This document shows positions 27,855 to 35,477 of a DNA stretch of 64,000 nt, in pieces. The notes under the pieces are model-generated. The model made no database searches. It was not told the DNA's origin and saw only the letters and a list, made by a program, of their open reading frames with translations. The stretch is from a virus, in IMG/VR virus record IMGVR_UViG_3300013093_000020. The stretch is one strand, 5' to 3'. Both the position numbers and the translations under genes were made by a program. Numbering within the stretch: position 1 is the first letter of the stretch; every line of letters starts with the position of its first letter.

Positions 27855-28679
27855 ATGGCCATAAACAACCCTTTACAAAAGTATTTTAGACAGCCTAAGA
27901 TCTTTATCAAAATCCCCAGCGGTGGTGTCTACTGCCAAACTGGCACTATCAGTGGAGATCCTAGCAAGTTGGCCGTGTTTGGTATGACCGGCATGGATGA
28001 AATACTGCTGAAAACTCCAGATGCACTGCTATCCGGAGAAAGTGTAGTTAGGATTATAGAAAGCTGTGTGCCAGAAATCAAAGATGCTTGGGACCTCAGT
28101 AATATTGATATAGATGCTGTACTAAGTGCTATAAGGATTGCTACATACGGACAATCAATGTCGGTTACAAGAAACTGCCAAAGTTGCGGAGAAGAAAACG
28201 ATTACGATCTAGATCTTAGTTACATAATAGATCACTATAGCAAATGTGTTTACAACAGTCGATTAGTGCTAGACGACCTAGTTGTTACGGTCAAACCATT
28301 AACATATCGTCAAATGACTGATTTTAATTTAAGAAATTTTGAAATACAGCAACAGCTAAAGCAATTAGATTTAGAAGACAAGGCTAATAAAAAAATCTTA
28401 GCTGACATGTTTATACAGCTAGGAGAACTACAAAATGAAATATTTGCCGCCAGTATCGAAAGTGTCAGCACAGACAGTGTCACAGTTACCGAACGCGGAC
28501 ATATCATCGAGTGGGTACAAAACGCTGACATGGTGTTATTTGATCAATTAAAAGAACTAGCAGTGTCTAATCAACAAAATTGGGAAATACCTCAATTTGA
28601 TGTTGTATGCTCTCATTGTAATGCAGAGGGAAAAACAGCTATTCAACTTGACGCCGCAAGTTTTTTCGCGAAAGCCTAA
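27855..28679 (+). CDS. Baseplate hub assembly protein / tail assembly chaperone (gp26-like)
   Basis: IKIPSGG.Y, MT..DEILL, D.D.VL.AIRIATYG and two CxxC motifs (CQSC, CSHC). Confidence 0.8.
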   Translation: MAINNPLQKYFRQPKIFIKIPSGGVYCQTGTISGDPSKLAVFGMTGMDEILLKTPDALLSGESVVRIIESCVPEIKDAWDLSNIDIDAVLSAIRIATYGQSMSVTRNCQSCGEENDYDLDLSYIIDHYSKCVYNSRLVLDDLVVTVKPLTYRQMTDFNLRNFEIQQQLKQLDLEDKANKKILADMFIQLGELQNEIFAASIESVSTDSVTVTERGHIIEWVQNADMVLFDQLKELAVSNQQNWEIPQFDVVCSHCNAEGKTAIQLDAASFFAKA

Positions 28680-28900
28680 TTAGATTACCCGCCTCAGAAA
28701 TACAAGATTATCTAGTTAGGCTAGATGTGCAGATTAAACAATTCAAAGAAGAACTATTTAGACTAAGTTGGTTCACTAGAGGCGGAGTGTCAGTAACAGA
28801 ACTGTTGCATTATTATTCTGCCGAAGACCGAGAAATCCTAGATAATGTAATCAAATCAAATCTTGAAACTACCAAAGATTCAGGACTACCGTTCTTTTAA
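28661..28900 (+). CDS. -1-frame extension of the gp26-like gene via slippery T-TTT-TTC (predicted ~348-aa fusion)
   Basis: Open -1 frame RESLIRLPASEIQDYLVRLDVQIKQFKEELFRLSWFTRGGVS...DSGLPFF* fills the whole gap and has no ATG. The heptamer at 28661-28667 is in X-XXY-YYZ phase. Confidence 0.7.
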   Translation, partial: FFRESLIRLPASEIQDYLVRLDVQIKQFKEELFRLSWFTRGGVSVTELLHYYSAEDREILDNVIKSNLETTKDSGLPFF

Positions 28901-29676
28901 TTTGCTGCAGGAGCAGTCGGAGCTTGCGTAGGAAATTTCTTTCTAAATAAATGACCGTAGGTTGGTGATCCCGGTCTTATATCCTTGTACATATTCCAGT
29001 AAACAGTTTCAGCTTCCTTGGGATTATTTTCATCAGGCAAATTACTATCCGGTGGCGGAACATTAGATGCCGGAGGTTTTGGAATTTTACCATCGTCGTT
29101 GCTCGGAGGTGACGAAACATTGTCTATGGTACTGATACCAGTTGACGGGCCACCTTTAAGCAACCAATGTACAGGATCCTTGTCAGGAATAGGTCGATAC
29201 CAACCTTGCTTTTCCATCCATCGTGGATCTACTGTCTTGGAAACATCGATGGCATTTTTATGGAATATAATATCTTTGCGACCTTTATACTTAGGATCGT
29301 CAGGGTTTATTGGAATATAGACATTAGGATCTTTGTTCAGCCAACGGTTGTATAAATCTTTCTGCTGTTGATATGTGCGCTCTTGGCTAGTGATAGGTAG
29401 TTCTTTACCAAATTCAGCTTTGTAAGCCTGTTTGAGTTTTTCCACTGCCTGTTTGAATTGGGGCTGTACAGTTGGTGCAGGTTCTGCATGAGTAATACCA
29501 GATGCTTCGTCCGGAGTAACATCATAGACATAGACTTTGACTTTGTCTATCTGAGCCTTGTATTGAGGATAAGTTTTAATAATATAAGCTTCAAAAGTCT
29601 CATGTGCCATATTGTCGGGCACATCAAATCTTTCTTCTTTACCATCAGGAAATACTACTAAAACTTTCCTGGTCAT
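28897..29676 (-). CDS. Peptidase M15-like (VanY / L-Ala-D-Glu type) peptidoglycan hydrolase
   Basis: ITSQERTYQQQKDLY, HKNAIDV and DPVHW motifs; Pro-rich C-terminal linker. Confidence 0.7.
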   Translation of the reverse strand: MTRKVLVVFPDGKEERFDVPDNMAHETFEAYIIKTYPQYKAQIDKVKVYVYDVTPDEASGITHAEPAPTVQPQFKQAVEKLKQAYKAEFGKELPITSQERTYQQQKDLYNRWLNKDPNVYIPINPDDPKYKGRKDIIFHKNAIDVSKTVDPRWMEKQGWYRPIPDKDPVHWLLKGGPSTGISTIDNVSSPPSNDDGKIPKPPASNVPPPDSNLPDENNPKEAETVYWNMYKDIRPGSPTYGHLFRKKFPTQAPTAPAAN

Positions 29677-30572
29677 TTTTTATCCCAGCCGTGGAATTCC
29701 ATGTGCCCAGCATCTGATTTTTCATCAGATGAAGATGACGAACTGCTGCTGTTTGATTGAGATTTAGGTACAGGTACAGGCACGGGCTCCGGGGTCGAAG
29801 ACTTTGCGGCTTCTTTCTGACTGGAGATCCAACTTAGGACCTGTCCTGGTAAAGGGTCTAACATGGCTTGATTGTTATCTGCCAGTTTGTCAACTTGTAG
29901 CGCATACCATTCACCAAATTTAGTCACTGTGTCCCAGAAAGCAGGATTACGATTTAGTTCTCCTCCAACCTTCATATCAGCATAAGTGCCGCACCATCCA
30001 GCTACTACATCTCTTACTCCGTCACTGTTGGCGATCCTTGATCCGATATAGTCAGGTACAGCACGGGGAATAAACCCTAGACCAAATTGGCGTAGTGCTC
30101 CTTTGAGCAGGCCACGACTGGCCATACCTGCTGCTAAATTACCTACTAGTTCAGCCAGTAAATGTTGGCGATTGGCAGTAAACTGCTCCTGTGTCATGCC
30201 ATTCTCATGATTGTCAAGCTGTCGCTTGAACATGGCATCTGCATTGATAAAATTTGTAATAGGTTGAAGTACTTCGGGTAGTACTACTAGATATCTAATA
30301 GCTAGATTTACACTCTTAACAGCTACAGATGTAGTAAGTTTAGCTGCTCCAACTCCAGGAATACTGCTACCAGTACGAGATTTTCTTAATTCTTTTTCAC
30401 GACGCTTCAGTTCTGCTTCTCGAGCTGCTAGTTCTTTTTCTCGAAGTGCTGCTTCTCTCGCAGCCAGTTTTTCAGCCGCAGTCATTTCTTTACCTGTAGT
30501 CTTTCCCCCAAACTTTAACCAGTCCAGTACGCCTTCATTTGTTTGTTCGCTGATAATATCTGTGATTTTCAT
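29673..30572 (-). CDS. Hypothetical protein, possible internal virion protein (start probably ATG 30572, MKITDIISEQ)
   Basis: ATGA overlap with the peptidase gene; late promoter GTAAATA at 30595-30601. Confidence 0.7.
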   Translation of the reverse strand: MKITDIISEQTNEGVLDWLKFGGKTTGKEMTAAEKLAAREAALREKELAAREAELKRREKELRKSRTGSSIPGVGAAKLTTSVAVKSVNLAIRYLVVLPEVLQPITNFINADAMFKRQLDNHENGMTQEQFTANRQHLLAELVGNLAAGMASRGLLKGALRQFGLGFIPRAVPDYIGSRIANSDGVRDVVAGWCGTYADMKVGGELNRNPAFWDTVTKFGEWYALQVDKLADNNQAMLDPLPGQVLSWISSQKEAAKSSTPEPVPVPVPKSQSNSSSSSSSSDEKSDAGHMEFHGWDKK

Positions 30573-30594
30573 ATTCAATTCCGAGAAGTTTACA

Positions 30595-30601
30595 TATTTA
30601 C
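30595..30601 (-). promoter_or_regulatory. Late promoter (GTAAATA)
   Basis: 22 nt upstream of ATG 30572. Confidence 0.6.
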
Positions 30602-30611
30602 CATTGTGTGG

Positions 30612-30692
30612 AGATGTACTGCGTACATCTGTTCTTCGCTTCCGCTCGAACTTGTCTTCTTATTAGAAAAGGCAATAAAACGCGAAGCGTTT
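30612..30692. repeat. Cluster of short inverted repeats with GNA-type loops
   Basis: AGATGTAC-GCA-GTACATCT (- strand, 30612-30630); GTTCGAGCGGAAGCGAAGAAC (-, 30631-30651); AAACGC-GAA-GCGTTT (+, 30678-30692). Confidence 0.75.
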
Positions 30693-31075
30693 AAGATATT
30701 ATCCAGATTGTTCAGTCACACTTTGCCCAGGCAGGGCAAAGGACATTATCCGAGTTGAACATGTCACTTAGCGTTAGGGCATTACAGAGGCGGTCATCCG
30801 GTACCTCGAGCCCCGTCTTTATACGACGGCAATCTGCTGACATACGCTAACACATCCGCAGATCCGTGGGTTTTCCCCACTCCTTTAGCCTTTTTAAAAA
30901 TTTACGGCAAGCATCAAACTAGTTGTATGAAGGCATATCTAGTCATCGTCCGGTCAAGGATAGTGATGCATGACCCTGCCGTCAAGCAAGGAATTTCCGT
31001 GACTGCGATCCGAGATCCAGCTGTAAGGGCACAAAATTACATCGCCAGTGCGGGCTTATTTGACGGTTTTAGAGC
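30690..31075 (-). ncRNA. Candidate large structured ncRNA downstream of the GIY-YIG gene
   Basis: Non-coding, with many nested stems and 2-3 possible pseudoknots (see findings). Confidence 0.6.
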
Positions 31076-31510
31076 CTAGTTTTCTTGGAGTTTACGAATG
31101 TGTGAACCATGTACACGCACTTGAATATGACCATTATAGTAGTCGTTTGATTCAAGAACTCTGCGTGAAAACTGTTCGCGGGCCTCAACATAGCTGCATT
31201 CTGCCTTGCTACGGCAATAAAAAAGTATCTCTCTACGGAAGTTTTCAACTCCTAGAGCTTGTACATCACGAGTTAATTCAGGTGACGATCCATAGTAATC
31301 TCGCCAGTCGGAATCAATTTTGCTTCTGATCTTCTTTTTCTTTTTGTTGCCGTTCTTTAATTTTACTGTTCGATATGTGGTCTTTGAGAATTTTGCCAGC
31401 TTTTTGCCTATATACATGCGCCCTGTTGAGATGTTAGTGATGATGTAGACGAAGCCCGCACAGTCGTCCGGGAGTTCTTCTACAGTTTGGGAATTGAAAA
31501 GCCATGTCAT
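31076..31510 (-). CDS. GIY-YIG family endonuclease, catalytic domain only, 144 aa
   Basis: GFVYIITNISTGRMYIGKK, YYGSS, FRREIL, conserved Glu (YVEAREQF), YYN. Confidence 0.85.
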   Translation of the reverse strand: MTWLFNSQTVEELPDDCAGFVYIITNISTGRMYIGKKLAKFSKTTYRTVKLKNGNKKKKKIRSKIDSDWRDYYGSSPELTRDVQALGVENFRREILFYCRSKAECSYVEAREQFSRRVLESNDYYNGHIQVRVHGSHIRKLQEN

Positions 31511-31515
31511 GACTT

Positions 31516-31779
31516 CTAATTATCATCATTGCCTTGTGCCTTGAGTTGTTTTTGAGCGAGCCTACGAGCTTTGGCCTGTTTCATGTCTTCGTTCTTCCAG
31601 TGACGCCATTCTTGTAGCACAATACGGCGTTCACTGCATAATCTGCGTATTTCACTCATAGCATTACGAGTGTCCATACATGCCCGTTTGGTCCCAGTGT
31701 TCATCCAACGCTGGTTAGCTTCGAAGTAAGTTCGAAATGCAGCCATTAACTGAGCATGTAATTCTTCATCCTGATGCAT
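31516..31779 (-). CDS. Small basic helical protein, possibly Hc1/histone-H1-like nucleoid protein
   Basis: GTKRACMDTRNAMSEIRRLCSERR resembles the GNKAA..RARK.L.E..K helix pair; basic tail. Confidence 0.5.
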   Translation of the reverse strand: MHQDEELHAQLMAAFRTYFEANQRWMNTGTKRACMDTRNAMSEIRRLCSERRIVLQEWRHWKNEDMKQAKARRLAQKQLKAQGNDDN

Positions 31780-33560
31780 TATTCTGTGACTTCTAGATCC
31801 GTGGCATATGATGTAAAGCCATTTTCTTTGATGACTTTGAGTACATTGTTAACACGACCTACAAGCTCGTCCCTGTGCGATATTAAGAACACATTCTTTT
31901 TGCGTTCTCGAGTCATCTTTTTCAGCACAGCCAGTGCAGATTCGACGCCTGAGCTGTCTAGTCCATTGTCTATGAGCTCGTCTACAAACAGCAAGTTTAC
32001 ATTTTGATATAGACTTTCCCACACATCGCGGAACGCCCAACTTAGTCCTAGGATCAAGCGATTGCGTTCACCACGCGATAAGTTGTCAAAGTCTAAATCC
32101 TGTCCTAGCTGTGTAATTATCACGGTCAAGTCATTTTGAAAAACTACAGTATGTGGTAGACCCATGCGATCTAGATAGTAAGTCAATCGGTTATTCAAGT
32201 AAGCTAGGTTCTGATCAATGATCTTCTTGCGTATAAATGAATCTTTAGACGTTAATAGCTTGAGCAAGAATTCTTGATGCTCCCGCATAGTGGTCAAACT
32301 GTTGATTTCATCAAAACTAATTGCCTGTATGGCTGTGTTGCGCAGTTCATCTATCTGTTCTTGATAAGGATCAGACTCGCCTGCACGGATAGTTAGATTA
32401 GTTTCTAGAGTGTTCAAGTTGTTCTGATGCTTGAGAGCCTGCTCAACAGTGTCATAGTAAGTGTCCGGACGGCCATTTAGCTCGCCAATGGCTGAAATTT
32501 CAGCTGTGAGCTTGGCGAGGTCCGCAGCGATCTTGTCTTGATACTGTTGTGATTCTGAGAGATGTTTCATGGCACCGGCAGTCATCTCCTCGTGTTTGTG
32601 ATCATGCAACTGTTGATCGCAAGCATGACACTTCTTATTACTGAGAGAGGCCAACTCTGCGGTATACTTTTTTACCGCTTTTTCCGCTTGCGCTAGCGCA
32701 GCGTCTAACGTCGCTCGTTCCTTATTCAGGCTTTTTAGCTTCTGCGAAGCTTCTTCGTAAACTTTTAGCTCCGCATGCTTCGCAAGCTCAGCTTCAATAT
32801 CTACGCTCTCTAGTTCTACAATCGCGCGGCCGATCTTTTCAAGATCTTGAGTTTGCTGTTGTCGCCATGCACTTTGTTTCGACAATAATCCATCAACACT
32901 TTTTTGAATATTATCATTTGACTTCTTAGTAGCTTCGATATCTGCATTTGCTTGGAATATAGCTTCTTTAGTTTGTCTGACTAGTTCTTTAAGTGCTTCT
33001 GCTTTTTCACTTAATAGTGTAATACCTAGTAATTGTTCAATGATTACTCGTTGATCATTGGCTTTCATACTTAAGAAAGGCTCATTGTATGTGTTAAGCG
33101 CAATGATGTGCTTGAACATGTCGTGACTCATACCTAGTAAATCATCTAGATCCTTTTGTGTCTCACGCATATCCCCTTGAGCATCATCGGTTTCGCCTGT
33201 ATCTTGTTCTTGATCATTGACAAAGAATTTTAATACATTAGGTTTGCGACCTCTTTCAATACGATAGCTAGCACCATCTTTTTCAAATGCCAGCGTAACT
33301 AGCATATTCTTATTATTGATCTTATTGATCAAGTTATCTTTTTTAATATTAGTGAGCGCATTACCAAATAAAGCATAACTCAGTGCATTGACAATAGTTG
33401 TTTTACCTGTGCCGTTGCGTTCTCCGCTATCGCCGCCGCCTTGATCTAGATTCTCTCCTAGCACGAGTGTTAGGTTTTCTTGATCTAAATCAACTGCTTG
33501 GGTACTATTACCCACGCTCATAAAGTTTTTAACTGTTAATTCTTTTAATTTGATTGTCAT
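31779..33560 (-). CDS. gp46: Recombination endonuclease ATPase subunit (gp46 / SbcC / Rad50)
   Basis: KNFMSVGN, Walker A NGTGKT, zinc hook CHAC, signature LSRGE, Walker B LLFVDE, ISH. Confidence 0.96.
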   Translation of the reverse strand: MTIKLKELTVKNFMSVGNSTQAVDLDQENLTLVLGENLDQGGGDSGERNGTGKTTIVNALSYALFGNALTNIKKDNLINKINNKNMLVTLAFEKDGASYRIERGRKPNVLKFFVNDQEQDTGETDDAQGDMRETQKDLDDLLGMSHDMFKHIIALNTYNEPFLSMKANDQRVIIEQLLGITLLSEKAEALKELVRQTKEAIFQANADIEATKKSNDNIQKSVDGLLSKQSAWRQQQTQDLEKIGRAIVELESVDIEAELAKHAELKVYEEASQKLKSLNKERATLDAALAQAEKAVKKYTAELASLSNKKCHACDQQLHDHKHEEMTAGAMKHLSESQQYQDKIAADLAKLTAEISAIGELNGRPDTYYDTVEQALKHQNNLNTLETNLTIRAGESDPYQEQIDELRNTAIQAISFDEINSLTTMREHQEFLLKLLTSKDSFIRKKIIDQNLAYLNNRLTYYLDRMGLPHTVVFQNDLTVIITQLGQDLDFDNLSRGERNRLILGLSWAFRDVWESLYQNVNLLFVDELIDNGLDSSGVESALAVLKKMTRERKKNVFLISHRDELVGRVNNVLKVIKENGFTSYATDLEVTE

Positions 33561-34570
33561 AGGCTGTTATAAATGGCTAATAGCATGTTTTTGTCAAAGG
33601 CATCTGATTCGATACTGACTAATTGATTGCTTACAATTTGATTTACTGATTCAAATGCTTGTATATCAATATCTGTACTAATCTCAAGTTGCTTTTTCTC
33701 AGCTATTAGTGTTAATTCTCGTATCTTGTACTTGGCCATAAAGTCTTCTTTGATAAAGCTGGCCTCTTCAAATGTAATATCAATGTCAAGCGCAACTCTT
33801 AAATGTTGATTAGGCTTAACAATAGTATCGGCTTCGTCAATTAATTGACTTAGTTTTACAGTACGGAATGTGGGTTGATTGGGCCAGCTAAAGTATTCAG
33901 GCTCTCCTCCCCATTCTAATACCATCATACCACGATCATCGTCCCACGCATCGGCATAATTGTGCGGAAATGCATTGCCGATATAGATCATATTCTCCTG
34001 CCGTTGGCGCTTATGAAAGTGCCCACTGAACCCTAGCTCATAGTTTTGAAAACTGTCAAGTTGTATCTCCCCATGATCTGGCATCTGGATCATGGCATTC
34101 ATAAAAAAGTTAGGCAATTCAAAGTGACCAAAGATATATTTGCCACCTTTCCTTCCTACAGTTTTCCATTCTTCACCAACGAGCCAGGGACACAGTGTGA
34201 CATTTCCAATAGTAGTAGGCTCATGTACCACAGTGACGCCAGGTATATACTTTCCAAACTCCACACTGTGTATGTCCCGTTTGTCTTTATAGTACAGATC
34301 ATGATTACCAGGAAAGAAATAGAAGTTATCAAACGCCTGCCCCAGCTTTTCCAAGGCCCTAAGGCTATAATCCATTGTAGTAATGTTAAGGCTATTGCGA
34401 TTATGATGCCAATCGCCCATAAAGATACCTGTATCACATCCTTCCTCCTTGGCTTTTGCAATAAACCAATCTACGAAATCTTCGCAGTCTTGATTGTGTA
34501 TTGATGAATTGCTCTTTAGACCGAAATGAATATCGGTAAAGCAGGCTACTTTTTTAAATAAATTACTCAC
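33557..34570 (-). CDS. gp47: Recombination endonuclease nuclease subunit (gp47 / SbcD / Mre11)
   Basis: TDIHFG, GDWHH, GNHD, GHF, SGHFH metallophosphoesterase motifs. Confidence 0.96.
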   Translation of the reverse strand: MSNLFKKVACFTDIHFGLKSNSSIHNQDCEDFVDWFIAKAKEEGCDTGIFMGDWHHNRNSLNITTMDYSLRALEKLGQAFDNFYFFPGNHDLYYKDKRDIHSVEFGKYIPGVTVVHEPTTIGNVTLCPWLVGEEWKTVGRKGGKYIFGHFELPNFFMNAMIQMPDHGEIQLDSFQNYELGFSGHFHKRQRQENMIYIGNAFPHNYADAWDDDRGMMVLEWGGEPEYFSWPNQPTFRTVKLSQLIDEADTIVKPNQHLRVALDIDITFEEASFIKEDFMAKYKIRELTLIAEKKQLEISTDIDIQAFESVNQIVSNQLVSIESDAFDKNMLLAIYNSL

Positions 34571-35402
34571 TTGATTCCTCGTTGTGTCTTTTTAGTGCCG
34601 CTTCGTGCTCGCCAGCACCAGTTCTACTATAGCTAGGATTCATTCCATTCATTTCTAAAATATCATCACGGATATTTTGATTGCGTTTTTCGATATTAAT
34701 AACACGAACAAAACTATTAGTAACAGCCGCAGTAAAATATGCGAAAGGATTGTCTGATTTACTTTCGTCAAATTGTAATCCAATTTGTGTTAACTGCAAA
34801 ATGGCCTGTCCTTTCATTTCATCATTGTAAGTATATCCGCGAACATTACCACGGGTAGCATATCTCTCACATAACTTTAACATCATTCTAGCTAAAGTTG
34901 GAGTAATTTGACCTGCATCTTTGTCAAATTTGCCCTTTTCGATGCTACCCTTCCAATGACTTTTACCAACGCATACTAATTCATCTTTGTCATTGAATTT
35001 CCAATGCTGGAATGGAGGAAAGTTAACCTTGTCTCTATGATCAGCAAGACTTTTTGGATTCTTTTTACGAGTGTTATTGAGTGGAATATGATCAAATGTC
35101 ATGATCCTAAACACTAAATCAGTTTTAGCTATTTTTTTATAATCAACTTCGCAATCTGCTTGCTTGACTTTTTCTCCAGCAGCTTTTCGCCTCTGGTAAT
35201 CTTGTTCACCTAATCGCTTGGCTTGATTGCGTTTGGCTTCGGCTATAGTTCGGATATTAATTTTATCTAGATTAGGCAAAATAATATCATACTGATGGTA
35301 CTTTGGATCAATAAAACTGCAATACGAAGTTTTTGATCTATGTATTTCTAACAACATATCCTTGTTGTTTAGGTAATTTACTTTGGCTGGTATTGTTATC
35401 AT
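34563..35402 (-). CDS. gp55: Late-transcription sigma factor (gp55-like) with a large insertion
   Basis: YLNNKDML; RGYTYNDEM; FDESKSDNPFAYFT...NSFVRVINIEKRNQ; adjacent to gp47 as in T4-like phages. Confidence 0.88.
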   Translation of the reverse strand: MITIPAKVNYLNNKDMLLEIHRSKTSYCSFIDPKYHQYDIILPNLDKINIRTIAEAKRNQAKRLGEQDYQRRKAAGEKVKQADCEVDYKKIAKTDLVFRIMTFDHIPLNNTRKKNPKSLADHRDKVNFPPFQHWKFNDKDELVCVGKSHWKGSIEKGKFDKDAGQITPTLARMMLKLCERYATRGNVRGYTYNDEMKGQAILQLTQIGLQFDESKSDNPFAYFTAAVTNSFVRVINIEKRNQNIRDDILEMNGMNPSYSRTGAGEHEAALKRHNEESSE

Positions 35403-35422
35403 AACCCGTTCCTATTTTGTTT

Positions 35423-35451
35423 ATTATAAACTACGCACTTTATTTTGTCAA
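35423..35451 (-). promoter_or_regulatory. Consensus sigma70 early promoter TTGACA-N17-TATAAT for the gp55-gp47-gp46 operon
   Basis: Minus strand reads TTGACA aaataaagtgcgtagtt TATAAT; -35 at 35446-35451, -10 at 35423-35428. Confidence 0.9.
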
Positions 35452-35458
35452 CTAAATA
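35452..35458 (+). promoter_or_regulatory. Late promoter (CTAAATA) for the baseplate operon
   Basis: About 20 nt upstream of ATG 35478, before an AAGGA SD. Confidence 0.65.
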
Positions 35459-35477
35459 CTACTCAAAGGACAATATT

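Noticed and set aside
30690-31075. RNase P RNA, tmRNA or group I/II intron identity for the non-coding segment
   Set aside because: GGAAAUUCC and CGGGCUUA only loosely echo RNase P motifs and are not in the right strand/order. There are no tRNA-like ends or tag ORF, no recognisable P7 or domain V, and the flanking genes are not split.
30543-31329. Plus-strand ORFs 30543..30758 and 31048..31329
   Set aside because: Non-ATG starts, no SD, overlap real minus-strand genes and hairpin-rich DNA, and the translations are not protein-like
35445-35477. TTG start of the 338-aa ORF in the track
   Set aside because: It overlaps the promoter elements; ATG 35478 has an AAGGA SD and follows the late box
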